A stretch of DNA of 63,902 nt, filler included, from Choristocarpus tenellus KU-1152 (lineage: Eukaryota; Protista; Phaeophyceae), in the NCBI GenBank assembly GCA_964200185.2. It is 11 parts of 11 records of this genome, joined end to end, with 100 filler letters (N's around TTAATTAATTAA, not from the genome) between each part and the next. Parts side by side here need not be neighbours in the genome. Positions count along the whole stretch, not along the records: positions 35,308 to 39,103 come from CAXNAD020017872.1; positions 39,204 to 47,302 come from CAXNAD020005151.1; positions 47,403 to 54,360 come from CAXNAD020006968.1; 8 more parts are not named here. The stretch is one strand, 5' to 3'. This document shows positions 35,330 through 48,127 of this stretch, piece after piece (the first letter of the stretch is position 1; each line of letters starts with the position of its first letter). Under the pieces are notes generated by a model. It was not told the origin of the DNA and made no database searches. It saw only the letters and a program-made list of their open reading frames with translations. The position numbers and the translations under genes were made by a program.

Positions 35330-38300
35330 TTTGCCGTATGACAAAGTATGCCAAAAAGGTATGGCGGTGCACAGAATGACATAATTGAAGGCACACTCCT
35401 CCAATCCATTGTCCTCGATTGCCCAACAAATCAAGCACAATCTCATATCCCCTGTAGAGAAAGAGGCACAAACAATTATTTGTGCATCTGGGGATATATG
35501 TAGAGCTACACCACATGAAACGTTCGGTATCCTTTCCACCAAAAACCCATCCTATACCATAGTTCGCCGTACGACAAAACACACCAATTGTAGTCTATAC
35601 ATACGCGAATATTTTTGGGGGTGACACCCACCAAACCTTTTGTCAACCGTGTTCCAAAAAATCCGACCAGAACATGTACTTCTGCCATACGACAAACTAC
35701 CTCAATTCACGTCGTCCTAAGTGCTTTATAGGATGTATCCAAAATATTTAGATGTGGCCCACGTGTGCCCGCATACGCGATGCACATCTTTTCAGGATGG
35801 TCTAACCAAGGCGGTTTCAGCCCTCGCTGTATCCAACTCCCCCTTGTCGACGTGTTGAACGTTAGATGCCCCCCGACACGGCCCTAGTCCGTCGAACACA
35901 TCACGACCATATATTGTGCACCCCCCTTGTCCGAACAACATGGCAGCACTACCAATGTTCGCATCGTCAACATTGAACTCAAGTGTGAAAGGGAAACAAA
36001 CCCACCAACTCATATTATAACCTCACTTAAATCCCACCCAGGAAATGGGGACTCAAGAGACTGTCCAAGACCAGTGCCGCTTGTTCATGGAAGAAATCCA
36101 AAATGGACCAGATCATGGACGTCTTCCTCTCCATGTTTATCAACCACGATGGTCTACAAGACGTGGAAGGAGGCGGCCGCACACTTGAAACGACCTTATT
36201 TCTTGGTTATTGGACGGGAAAAACACGTTTGTTGGCGAGCACGTTGCGAGTTGTGCTGGCTTGGGAAGAGCGCAAGTCCACCCCTGATCTCCAGGTCAAG
36301 ATATTCCTAAAATGTGTCAAGAAAGATCTTAGCACCAAGCACACCCGCCAGGTATACAACTCCATCCTCTTCGGCATCGCTCCTGATGTTGAAATACTAG
36401 ATGACGGGGTGACATCAACATTTCAACCCCTTCTGTCCGTCACAGCAAGAAAATACGACATCAAGGTCAAAACACTGAGGTCGTCCGCGAAGAAACGCAC
36501 GGAATTCATACAAGATATGCAGCGACATACCCGCCCCTCTGTACAGTGCCTGCGAAGGACGCTGGAGGATCGTCTTCCGTATCCGACACTCACGCCCTTC
36601 CAAGCTCTCCACAAGGCACCACCCAGAGGTAAGGAAGTTCCTACTCACCAACCATCAACGATGTGATACACACAACTTCACCCCCGGGCAAACACGTCCC
36701 CTGCACATTCTCCAATAGTTTAATCATTAAAGGATGCTCGTATGATCCCTTGTTTCGAGGTGCACAAGTGACGCCCGTTCCACATGTTCCATCGTTACCT
36801 CAGACAAAATGGCAGACCAAGGGTATTCGACGTGGGAAGGGACAGCTCCTCACGACAGTTTGATGTGCAACATCCTGATACACAAGTAGTTCTTGGCATC
36901 ACGTTATGGGAGAGCAATAGCACTGCCATGCCCCACAATCCGAACACATCTCATGATTCCACTTGGACCTGCATACGAACAAGAGAGTCTGCCGCCCAGA
37001 TGCACTGTGTCAACAGCACGCTCAGAGGTACTCTAACGAGCAACTCGTATTGTTAAAAGCGTTGCGCATATCCCCCGTTCACACTATGGATGAATCATTA
37101 TTCCATCTTCATCCTCGACCAACGAAACTTCAACATATCACTACATATACATGTTGTAACCAACGTGACAACAGGAGAGTGAAAGTATCTTAGAGGGTAC
37201 GATTTTTGCCCTGTTTGTCCATATGGGACTTGGCTTTCCACAGGTGATTTATGACTTTTTCCTACTCCGATATGTTTCGGAGTAAGTAAAATTTGCACGT
37301 GATGAAAAGGTGTGTACGGAACAAGGATATTGACACTTCCTCAAAAACATGATAGTCAAAATTACATCAAAATCGGAACATTCGAATTTGACCCCGAAAT
37401 GGACGTGGCTCTACCCTCTAAGATACTTTGGCTCAGGACACAGATTAGGACAGATGAGGATGTCTATGCGAACTTCAGGGAGAGATTCGAGTTGGAGGGG
37501 ACGTCAGGACCAATACCCTGTCTGTCGACATGCGTGAAGTGGAGACCGTTCTACATTACAAAGGCCACGCCAAGGTGTGTGCGGAAGTAGTCTTTCGATT
37601 TTTGGGACGCACGCTACGGTGAAATTTGAATACGTCTATGGTTCCTAACCGCCACAGGCTACCCAGTCACATACCGCATCATCCGTCTCCACGCACACAG
37701 GGCGTGCTAACCCACCGTCTCCCTCCCTCCATTCTTCCACACGATATAGATCATGCGTTTGTATTCACCACACGACCACCGATCTTCAGGTTCAGCGCCT
37801 AAGAGAGAACTGGAAGAAAGTACATGCGAGTACAATCATTGGCGATGATAGACAACGGGCTTGCACATGCACATGCGCATTCTGCGACAAAGGCAAATGA
37901 TGCGGCTCTCAAAACGTAGGGGCCGCACTCGAACGTGCTGCTGATATGATGGCCTTCTTGCTGTACGTTTCTGTGCGAAACCATACCCACAACGTGGCTA
38001 ATGTGTGTCAGCACGACGGGCTGGAACAAACACCAAATAATCAACCCACTGTGGAAAAACACAGTTCATACCCGCTCTCAAACCGTTTCACCCTGTCCTC
38101 TACACATGTGGCAGTTACGCCCGAACTTCACTACTGACATGTGATCCGATATTCAGACCTCTGCACTGACACCAAAAACCACTCTTGGACTAATCGAAAC
38201 GAAGCAGATGCAAGAGGACCGTGCTGAACCCCCTCAGCGAACCGTCATCTGGTGGTTCCTTGGGCAGTTACAAAGGTTTTTGTGTCCACGGTACGTGTGA

Positions 38301-39103
38301 CAAGTTTGACTGGAAATCTCATCCGATCTGGAAATGCCCTTGTATGTTGGACTCACACAGCACCCGTGTCACATGTAACGAGTTCATCCACGCATACACG
38401 CCGGTGGTGGAGGCAGTCCTGCAACGGAAGACTTCCCTGGAGATCAAGGTATGCCTTATGCAAACGTACAACCAACAATTTGGTTTGGATGTTACACCTG
38501 TCCGGTTCCACCCTCACGCCAAGTCCAGGACAGATACAGCAACTAACCCTACCAGTCAACGCATATTCCCCTGTCAACATCCTGACCACCCACCTATGCT
38601 GCAATTAATCCCAATCTCCTTGTACACTGCTGCCAAGGCGCTGTCCTCTCGACTTGGCATCGCCGCCCCCAGCAGAGCCACCAAAGATGACATTATCCAG
38701 ATGGTCAAGGCAAACTTTGTAGAGCTGAGGGCGGATAATCTCATGACCGACGATTTTATCCTCGCAAAGTGCATGGTAGGAGAGTCTGCGCCCGACTTCA
38801 GGAGGAACAGAACCGAGGAGAACGACGACGAAGACGCCACAGGGTCTATGAACATGCACAACTGGAGGCGAAAGATGAGCGAGAGTCTCCTTTGGGCGAA
38901 AGTATAGTGTTCATTGAATGGGTCACGACGTATTCGTCCAACAACGGGCAGATACTCCCACCCGCATCATCGAACATTTGCGACTATACCACAACAAAGC
39001 CTGGATAACTACGACTTATCAGTAGCTGTAACGCTCGAAACGCGACTACTTGGCCCCTTCAATGCAGGTGCTGTTCCCACGGACAGAGGGATTCCCTACA
39101 CTC
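35330..39103 (+). pseudogene. Long degenerate intronless ORF system, probably a decayed DNA-transposon (Sola-like?) protein
   Basis: Plus-strand ORF pieces 36103-36666, 36963-37176 continuing at 37439-37590 (split by a MITE), and 38221-38907. Cys-rich motifs PCLSTCVKWRPFYITKA and YKGFCVHGTCDK; no catalytic DDE is visible before the contig end. Confidence 0.4.
37177..37434 (-). mobile_element. MITE family 1, complete 258-bp copy with 4-bp TSD AGGA
   Basis: AGGA|GAGTGAAAGTATCTTAGAGGGTA...TACCCTCTAAGATACTTTGGCTC|AGGA. Confidence 0.9.
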
Positions 39104-39203
39104 NNNNNNNNNNNNNNNNNNNNNNNNNNNNNNNNNNNNNNNNNNNNTTAATTAATTAANNNNNNNNNNNNNNNNNNNNNNNNNNNNNNNNNNNNNNNNN
39201 NNN

Positions 39204-42200
39204 GCCCCTCTTTCCTTTCCCTCTGGGGACCGGGAAGGGTAATGATTGACCCCCAAGGCGTTCATCGGTACCCCCCCCCCCCTGCGGTCACCGCCCTTTC
39301 CATTTCCATTTTCCGGTGCGCCATTCTTGTGCCCTTCTCCCCCTCCCTCCCCCCCAACTCCAGCTGATACTCCATTTACCTTGCCATTCCCCTGCACCAC
39401 GGGAGGTCGAGGAGGGGGGTCTCCAACCGGAGCTGCGCTGGACACCTGCTCCACAGAACCTTGCCCCCCAGACTCAGACCTGTTCGGAGAGCTCTTGGCC
39501 TTACTGGCAACGGAAGCTGCAGCCCCCATGAGAGTTCCATCTAAATTGCGCTGGTAGTTCTTGTCAAGGCCTAGGGTTAGTGGGGAGGAAAGGGACAAAG
39601 GGAAGGTCGTATTGTGGACGCACACATTGTCTTCAAGGAAGAGAGGATGGAGTGTGTATACCAGGCTTAATATTATTATTAATAATATTTGACACGACCA
39701 TAGCACAAAAAGGTTTCAGCATATGGGTGAGGTTGGCGGATTTGTGTTGTTCTTCCCTGTGGGTAAATTTTTGGGAGAGATCAGATTACACTCCCTAATG
39801 GCAGAATCGACACGTATTATTGCATCTGATCAAGCATGCCCTCATCGGGGGAACACCAGGCCACACACCTACCCTCGAATTCTGAAGCAGGCATCTTGGT
39901 CTTGAGCAGTTTAATGATGTCTTCGCTTTTCCCTCTATTCTTCTGCGAAGCGCTTTGGCCCACTAGGTGCAGAGGAAGCTTTCCTTTGTTGTCAATCAGC
40001 ATCGGGTCTGCACCCCACTCCAGCAACTGACGGACCTGAAAAATAACCAGAACAACACCCATTACACATTGCAACCAGCTACCTATCTTCATTCACAGCT
40101 GCCAAGGTCCATACCGTACTGTACTGGACACCCACAGAGTTTTGGAGCGTTAGTTGTAACATAAAAAGCACCAATACTCCCTGCAATGAAAAGGCCTACA
40201 CAGCTAACAGTTGTGAGTGCAAATGATCACATACCATAGAAGAACAAGGTATGTTTCGGTGAATCTGTCTTGCTGCCGTGAACCACTCTACCCTCCAAAC
40301 CCTTCTTGTGCCCATGCAATGTGTGTGAGTTTAAATCTCAAACACACACACACGCCTGGTACAGAGAGCCAGTTTGGACCCCTTGTCCACGATTCACTAC
40401 TTTCTTCATAATCCTTGCACAAAAAAAATCATCAAAGTCGTCCAATTATTGCCGCAATAAAATCTCCTACTCCACAACTCTGCTCTTATCACATTTATTA
40501 TTATTATTTAAGAGGGCGGGTATCACAGGTACAGCAATACAGTGTTCTGAATTGGACCTAGCCGTGGTACTCACAGATTGTAGGTGGGACTTTAAGCACG
40601 CATAGTGGAGAGGTGTTCGCATGATGTGATCCACAGAAACAACACTGGCATTCTTAAGGATGAGGAACCTTGCCACATCCATTTTATTGTAGTGAGATGC
40701 CTGCAGCAAGCCATCACGACACACGGAAGCAGTGAAGTAGAAAACAGCTGACGAGGTCACACAGCATCGGCAGTTTCATCAGTTTCATCAGTTACGATGA
40801 ACACGACTACAAAACAAATCCAACGGTTTCTCCAAATATTATTTGTGGAAAATGCGTCACTGCTGTAAACATGACTTCGAATTAGTCGTACCTCATTTCA
40901 AGGTGCCAAGACAACAACAGGATCACCTCCGCAAAGATGAACAGAGGGGTACACATTGGTCTCACTAGCACAACCTAGCACTTACTAGGATACACTTTCA
41001 CCACATTTACACCTCCGAGACCATTCTTCTGAGGTGACTGATGTGCTTCAGCACACTTACTAGTCTCTTAACTCAGCAACACTCACTGGCTTAGAAAAGC
41101 ACTTAATCCAATTGCGATGTAATGCCAAGTCCTCAGTAGACAATTCACACCATGGGGCTAGTCCCATGCACTAGGAACTCTAAATAGTAAATACTGCAAT
41201 GTGGTTACTTCTGTGATGAACCATCTTTTGACATCAACTGGAAGAGCAAGGTGTCAGAGCAACACAACCTGTTCCTGCTCTCTTTCACAACTCCTAATAA
41301 ACAAACTGAGGTGCTCTTGACCACTGCCAGACAACTCACCAGGTGGAGAGGAGTCATAAGTTTTCCGTTTACTGGGTCTATTCGAGCCCCTGCTTCTACA
41401 AGGGCTTTAGCGAGGTCCAAGAAGCCCTTCTTTGCTGCATAGTGTAGGGGGGTACCATCCTGTTCATCACACTCATCAAGCGGTACCTGTATGTTGTGAT
41501 ATTGTTGATTAAGTGAAATCATATTCATGAAAATAGAGCCGGCACAAATCCACAAAAGAAAAACTTCATTCATGCCATATTTATATATTCCCTCAACATT
41601 ACACAACCTCCATGGAATACCAGTATACTAGCTCCTAAAACATGAGGAAATGAGAAGGTATCATATTTGTAGATCCCCAATACCATAGGTTCATCCATAT
41701 CCACTGCTGTCGTATCACAGACATCAAGAGGATTTTTCACTGGAAGAAATAGTAATAGTAAAAAAATGTACCGCACTGTAGGCACATCATCCTATGTCTA
41801 CACAGTTCCGACAGGAAGGATAAAAAAAAATCTAAAGTATTTAGCCTTGAGCTATTGTGAGAGTTGATGGAAAAATGATGATGGCCAAGCAAAAATAATC
41901 GACCTACACACAAATGTAGAGACGTCCTTTACACTGTGTTACCCTCAATTTGAATGTTGAAGAGGAAGAGCATCCTGCAAGACAAGACTCTACAAGGGAG
42001 GCGCACCCGATGTGGAAGAAGAAGCTTCACAATCTCTGTGTGACCACCCCATGTTGCCCAATGCAGAGCGCTTGCATGTTGATGATTAAATGAGTCGGGC
42101 CTGATGAGATATCAAGTGCAATATGTTGAGTCTATCATGTTATCGACTATCTAGGTCAGGTGCTTAGCAAGGACAGAAAGGTGGCGTAAGCTATGGTGTT

Positions 42201-43329
42201 CCGGGGAAGCTCACTGTCAAGAATACATACAGAAAAGTTCATAAACAATACTAGACTTCATTCACCTGGCCCCCTCTTCCAGTAGTCGCCTGACAATCTC
42301 GACATGACCCCCCCAGCAAGCCCACATGAGCGGGCTGCAATCCTCCCTGTCTGGTTTGTTGACATCCCCGCCTTTTGCAATGAAGTCCTGGACCTATTTC
42401 GCATCACGATAAGTGAGATTACACAGGTAGGGAATGGGACCTCAAAGGAAGCAACATCAGCTTTGGCAATGACCAGGACCAGATTGTAATGGACTATGCC
42501 AAATATTACACATTGCAAGAAAATTTTCCAACGCCACAAACGCTTCTTACTTGATGAGAACCCAAGAACACAAGCTCTGCCAAAACTGCACAAATCAGAA
42601 CAACATAGCAATTGGAGTGGTTACGCCAGAGGCCAGCAGACACCCAATTCAGCAATCCTGAGAATCTTCTCCACGATTGCCTCAATCGCATGTCGAGGTT
42701 ATCATATACTACAGTCAGTTGCCCAACAATGAAATGTGTTGTGTGCTGAAGGTGGACGAACAGCGAACCGACGTGTGTGATGTCGAAAAGCGATACTCTT
42801 CGGGAAGCCTGCTGTTGATGCCATCGAGGCCCCCGTCATTTGTCCAAGCCCATCTTTTCAATATCCTATAGCACATTTCGCATCACTATCAGCTGTAAGC
42901 ACATAACCATTGCCAATACTGTTCACCAAACCAGTAGACAAATCCACGTGCAGCTCCACTCCATCGCAAAAAAATGACTACCGATCAACAAAGGTCGAAA
43001 ATGGACCAGAGAAGCACAATAGCATGCTACCACATAGGGAGTTCGTTCAATCTCAACATCGGACAATCTCCACAACGTATTATTATTTCACTCAAACATA
43101 GCTATTCCTGTTGTGTTGGTGTCGTCGTTTACACAAGGAACACGAAGGACCATAACGAAACATATAGCACAACGGGTGTTTACCATAACCATAGCAAGTT
43201 TCGAGGCCATCGCAAGCAAAGAGCACCAAAGGCTTCACAAGAGCCATGATGTAACAACGGGTAAACCGTAGGTCAAAGGGATCAGTCTTACCTTCTGCAA
43301 TTTTCCTGCTCTGGCCGCAGCGTGCACCC
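39204..43329 (-). CDS. Ankyrin-repeat protein with a G/P-rich C-terminal region (partial)
   Basis: In-phase exons 43329-43292 (VHAAARAGKLQK), 42393-42266 (DVNKPDREDCSPLMWACWGGHVEIVRRLLEEGA), 42100-42007 (SALHWATWGGHTEIVKLLL), 41486-41340 (GTPLHYAAKKGFLDLAKALVEAGA), 40700-40575 (RTPLHYACLKSH), 40035-39873 (LLEWGADPMLIDNKGKLPLHL) and 39570 to the contig edge. Confidence 0.92.
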
Positions 43330-46300
43330 CTGTCACGATATACGAAGCCATCACCCTCGTAAGCCCGCCAGCCTCCCCACCTGATCCCTCGGATACTAAG
43401 GGGAGGCGGGTACAAAATGCATTGGTGAAATGATACCGTCCGTTGGTCTCTTACACTTAAAAGTTTGATAACCCGTCTCAAGAACACCCCACTGCTCACT
43501 ACACTCTCCTCCCCTGCACCAACTTCCAAGAAGAAAAAAATGCGACAACTCAATTTACAATTTTTGTGAAACATGAAGTTGTGGAAGTTGTGAAAAGTGA
43601 ATAGTGGTAGAACTTACGTAATTAAGGCATCCATTGACCTTACCATATTTGAAGTCTCAGGGGTAAAGTGTCTGAGATCAGGGACTCGTCCACACCGACT
43701 TTTACGACTTATCTGCTCCATCTCTCAGGGGAAGATTCATCTTGTGCTGAGGATTGAAGGGATGTCATTGTAGCAAGGATGCTGCTCGCGAGGAGGTCAA
43801 AACAAATGAGTTCTCTCTACCAACTAGGGATTCTAGTGCTAACAGTGTGTGCACACGTGTGCACGGGATACCCTTCTGAGTCGCAACTTCATGGGGCACG
43901 ATGGGTTGCTTCAGCAAAGATGGAACGGATTGCGTTCACCCCTTGTCTGACGAGACCTTGGTGCGACCATGCACCTGCTTGTTCTCCACGTTGCTGGGAT
44001 GGACGAACTAAAGGTAAAAGTAGATGCCGTTCGTGGGGAGCTATGTCTGGTATAGTGGTGTTGACCTTATTGCCACTGCAAATGTGATCTATACATGGTG
44101 TTCAGTGACGCCTCGCCATACCAAAACCACTGCCCAACTTATGCTCCTGATTCAGGATCTGTGTACACGGTAGGAGTTGGGCAGCCGCGTCGAGTGGGGG
44201 GAACAGCATCATCAATGATAGCAGGTTCTCGCCGGAACTTGCCCTTGACAATGTTCGATCGATCATTGCGAGCCTTGACGTTTTCGGTAAGTGTTTCGAA
44301 ACTCCCCCCGCAAAGAGAGTTGGGAAATCGAGTCCTCGCGGGCTTGCCAGGAAGATCGTGAGCTTGGAAGGTCGTGGAAGGAAAATGGATTTAGAAGGAC
44401 ATTGTTGTTGACACCTTGAGCTGTCGCAGTTGGATGATCGCCAATACGCTTGTTACGTCCACGGCTATATGTTAACGAGTTTAGCAGACAGGATTAGTTT
44501 AGTTTTGTAAAGATTCTTTCGGCTATCCTGTAATCGGATACCCATGTTGATTTATCAAGCGCCCGTGTGCAGATCAGTATTCTAATGCATTTATTGCCAG
44601 GTAGCAGCTACTGGGGAGTAAGCTGTGCATTCTGATGCTTTAGGCCTACTCAGCGGGCCTCATCCTCATCTACTGACATGATAGTATAGTGCACATATCT
44701 ACACTTTTGCTAATGGACGGGACATATTTGATAGTCCAATGGCAGTGCAACTATTATTTTGGAAGAAGGGATCATACTGTCTGAGCAATAGGTGTCAGAA
44801 TTTAGTCAGGTGTGGTGATCTGTATGCCTCACGAGTTCTGTAACCATCTTTTTTTATGTTTCTAGAGTAATGCCGTTGTCAACTAATTATCAGACCTAAA
44901 ATCAACTTTAATGATTCCATTCATCTGTAAACGCTGTAAACATTTATACTGTCAATATCATGATTCACTGCCCTACCTAAGTGACTGTAAGGAGTCCAAT
45001 TTTGCCTCATTTTACATGTCCTCACACCATGGAGCCTTCAAGGGTTCGCGCTCTCTAATCGCTACAGCTGCTGAAGCTATCAAGTTGTAGTCGGAAAATT
45101 TAGAAAGATAGCGATGTGCTGCTCTAGTCCACTATTACTTTCCAAGTTAGGAGTAACCTTCACAATGTGCATCCTGCCATGTGGATGTTACTACATCAGA
45201 AGTACTCAAAGAAGGTTATTGCAGTTGCTTCATTGACCACTAAATTCTGTATTTTTCCCCTTTATCACTGGACTACAGAGGATGGCAGGGAAAAGTTTGA
45301 AGAGCCCAGGGAGGAAACTATGGGACTCAGTGGTGGGTATTGTCAACCCACAATACCTCCTTCTGTATATTGCCTTCCAGGTGAGGAGGATCAGAGTTAT
45401 CAAAGTAGCGTCATACAAGTACACTACTGATGGACAATCAATTGCCGGTTGGATGGCAAACAACTTTGCAAGAGTGTGTTGCCCCCCTTTTTATCACAAG
45501 TCATGTGTAAAGTGCTCAGCCTCTGGGTCCATTGACTTCCTCTGTTCAGATGCCGCCTTTGTGATAAATACAGCCCTACCTACTCGCGCACGCTTGAACC
45601 ATGTTTCATTGCCCCTGACTCATCTGCGGTTGCTTTGTGTGTCCCTGATAACATGCACATGGCAGGGTCCATTCAAATAATATATTTTTTCACCGTGAAT
45701 GGAGAACACGGCCTCCATTTGTGTCTAAATTTCAGCCTCAGTTGAAGGACTGTCTAAAGACCTTCACCTTTTCTACTAAGATGTAGCACCTAGAGTGATC
45801 TTGCAGTATGTTGGACCAGTAGTAGTAATGGTGGTCTATCAATTTCCAGTTAGAGAGAAGTCAAGAATTATCCGTGTCAGCTTCAGTACCGATACGAACA
45901 ATGTACTCGCCAGAAAGTGTAGTGCTTTCATGAGCAGTCTTGCTACTTACGACCCCCCCCAATAAATGCAGGGATGCAGAACAATGCTGTGCATGCCATG
46001 ATTATGAGATGGATTAATGATGTTTGGTACAATGGGATACGCAGCTCTCTTTACCTTCCTCTGCTGTGACCTTGTCTCTCTCGCCGTGCTCACCAGATTT
46101 TGTATGCACGAGCATTACGCCTTTTGTATCAAGTTCAAGTGCAGGTGTGGCGCCTGGTGAGGAAGCATGACCCACCACCATACAGTGAGTCAGTGCTGGG
46201 ATTCCTGGAACCTCGACTTCATTTGCTGAGTCGGGTAAGACTGTTACCTCTTTCTTGGTGTTACTCTTGCACGTTATTTTTGCGTTTTCTGCCTCCCCCC

Positions 46301-46559
46301 CCCCCCCCCCCCCCCCCCCGCCGCCCACCCTTCGCNNNNNNNNNNCCCCTTCTCCCCCCCGCCGCCTCTCCCCTCTTTTTTGGTTTTTTTCTTTCCCCTT
46401 TTTTTTGTGTTTTTTTCCCCCCCCCCCCCCCCCCCTCCCCCCAGAAGTTCTGTTTTGCAGAAGATGCAGTGTTGAACGAACATTTGGAGTACTGCCTGGT
46501 AGCTCAGTAGGTGGAAAACAAGTCACTTTTTAGAGTGTTTCATTGACAGCCCTTCCGTC

Positions 46560-47280
46560 AACTCGGTGTAAGAGGTTTGCTGTGCCTCCCTCCATTGCAA
46601 TGTTTGCAGGTGCTAGCAGTGGTGTACTTGATAAATGGGGCAGTGGGTATCATGATTGCCAGTGGCTGGAAAATTGAGCCACAGCTTGCCAAGGTGAGTT
46701 TGCACAGGTTACAAACGTGTCTTTTGGTCACCTCAGTGATTTGTGATGACTGGTGAGGCTGAGGTTATATTGATTTTTTGTGTTTTGATTTGAAGTGTGT
46801 AGGTATCCCAAGGACTACTTAGTAGTAGATACTAAGAGTACGCTTGTTGTGTGTGATAAAAGTGATGTGATCTGTGATCTTCCCTTTTCTTGTGTGCCTG
46901 TCAGTACTTGTTTGGGGAGGAATAGAACTGTCCTGTCTGAAAATGATATTGCACCGCTTCCCTGTATTGATGGCAACTTTCAACTTGCTCTCAAGGTCAT
47001 ATCGGATGTCATCTACTGCTGGTATGCAGGTAGCTTTATTGATCACGCGAAGCGCTTCTTCCTCCCTATGTGGTGAGAGTGTCCCTTCATACACACCAAT
47101 ATGTCGCCAAGTTGTGTAACGTATGTATTGTAGTGAATCTGGAAATGTACTGTGTGAAGTTGAGTATTCAGCCTGGGTGCATGCTGTAGTCATGGTTTGG
47201 GCTGATAAGAACACCTGTCATGTACTGTGGGAGGGTACTGAAACTGCGCTTGAAGCATTTGCTGTTGTTGATTTATTACT
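46560..47280 (-). mobile_element. Highly decayed Copia-like gag/protease/pre-integrase relic
   Basis: Residual similarity only: EALRVINKATCIPAV, SLGYLH (for HxRLGH) and CNLCK. Confidence 0.3.
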
Positions 47281-47402
47281 ATGGGGTCAAAGTATCAGGG
47301 GANNNNNNNNNNNNNNNNNNNNNNNNNNNNNNNNNNNNNNNNNNNNTTAATTAATTAANNNNNNNNNNNNNNNNNNNNNNNNNNNNNNNNNNNNNNNNNN
47401 NN

Positions 47403-47697
47403 TACTGAAGCTGTTTCCATGAGGAATCCATTTATCACGGCCTTGTACACTAGTTTGTCTTGTGTAAGAAGCTCTTTGAGTCAAGCGTTATGTACCTTTT
47501 TTTTTCGTATATAGTCACTCCAAACTTGTTTGGCACCAAGATGATGAAGCTATACCTTGGAGGATTGTAGTCATTGAAGTCCAAGTCCCGTACTGAAGCT
47601 GTTTCCATGAGGAATCCATTTATCACGGCCTTGTACACTAGTTTGTCTTGTGTAAGAAGCTCTTTGAGTCAAGCGTTATGTACCTTTTTTTTTCGTA
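47403..47697. repeat. Near-exact direct repeat of about 107 bp with 188-bp period at a contig edge
   Basis: TACTGAAGCTGTTTCCATGAGG...TTTTCGTAT at 47403 and 47591. Confidence 0.9.
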
Positions 47698-48127
47698 TTA
47701 GTGCGCTCTTGATGTGGTATTGGTTGTCTCAAACAAGCATCTGCACGCTCCCAGAGTATTCTTGATTACTATATCTTGCTCGAAGATTGGCAACTATTTT
47801 TACATTTTTTTTTTTCTAGAATCGAAATCGAAATTATTATTTTTATTATTCTAGTCTTTTTTTTTTCTTGGCCCTGCCCGTCCTAACCCTTTCAGAGAGA
47901 TAGAGAGATAGAGAGATAGAGAGATAGAGAGATAGAGAGATAGAGAGATAGATCACTCTGGTTTAGAACATTCCCGAATACGACTGTCTCCATTCCCCAC
48001 TTATGCTTTGTTCAAACAAAGATATCTATCTCTACAGCTAATTACATATTTTCACATCCCTAATCAAGAGTAAATCTGCCTTACAGTTTTAGAGATATCC
48101 CTAATTACAATGACGGATATCTCTCAG

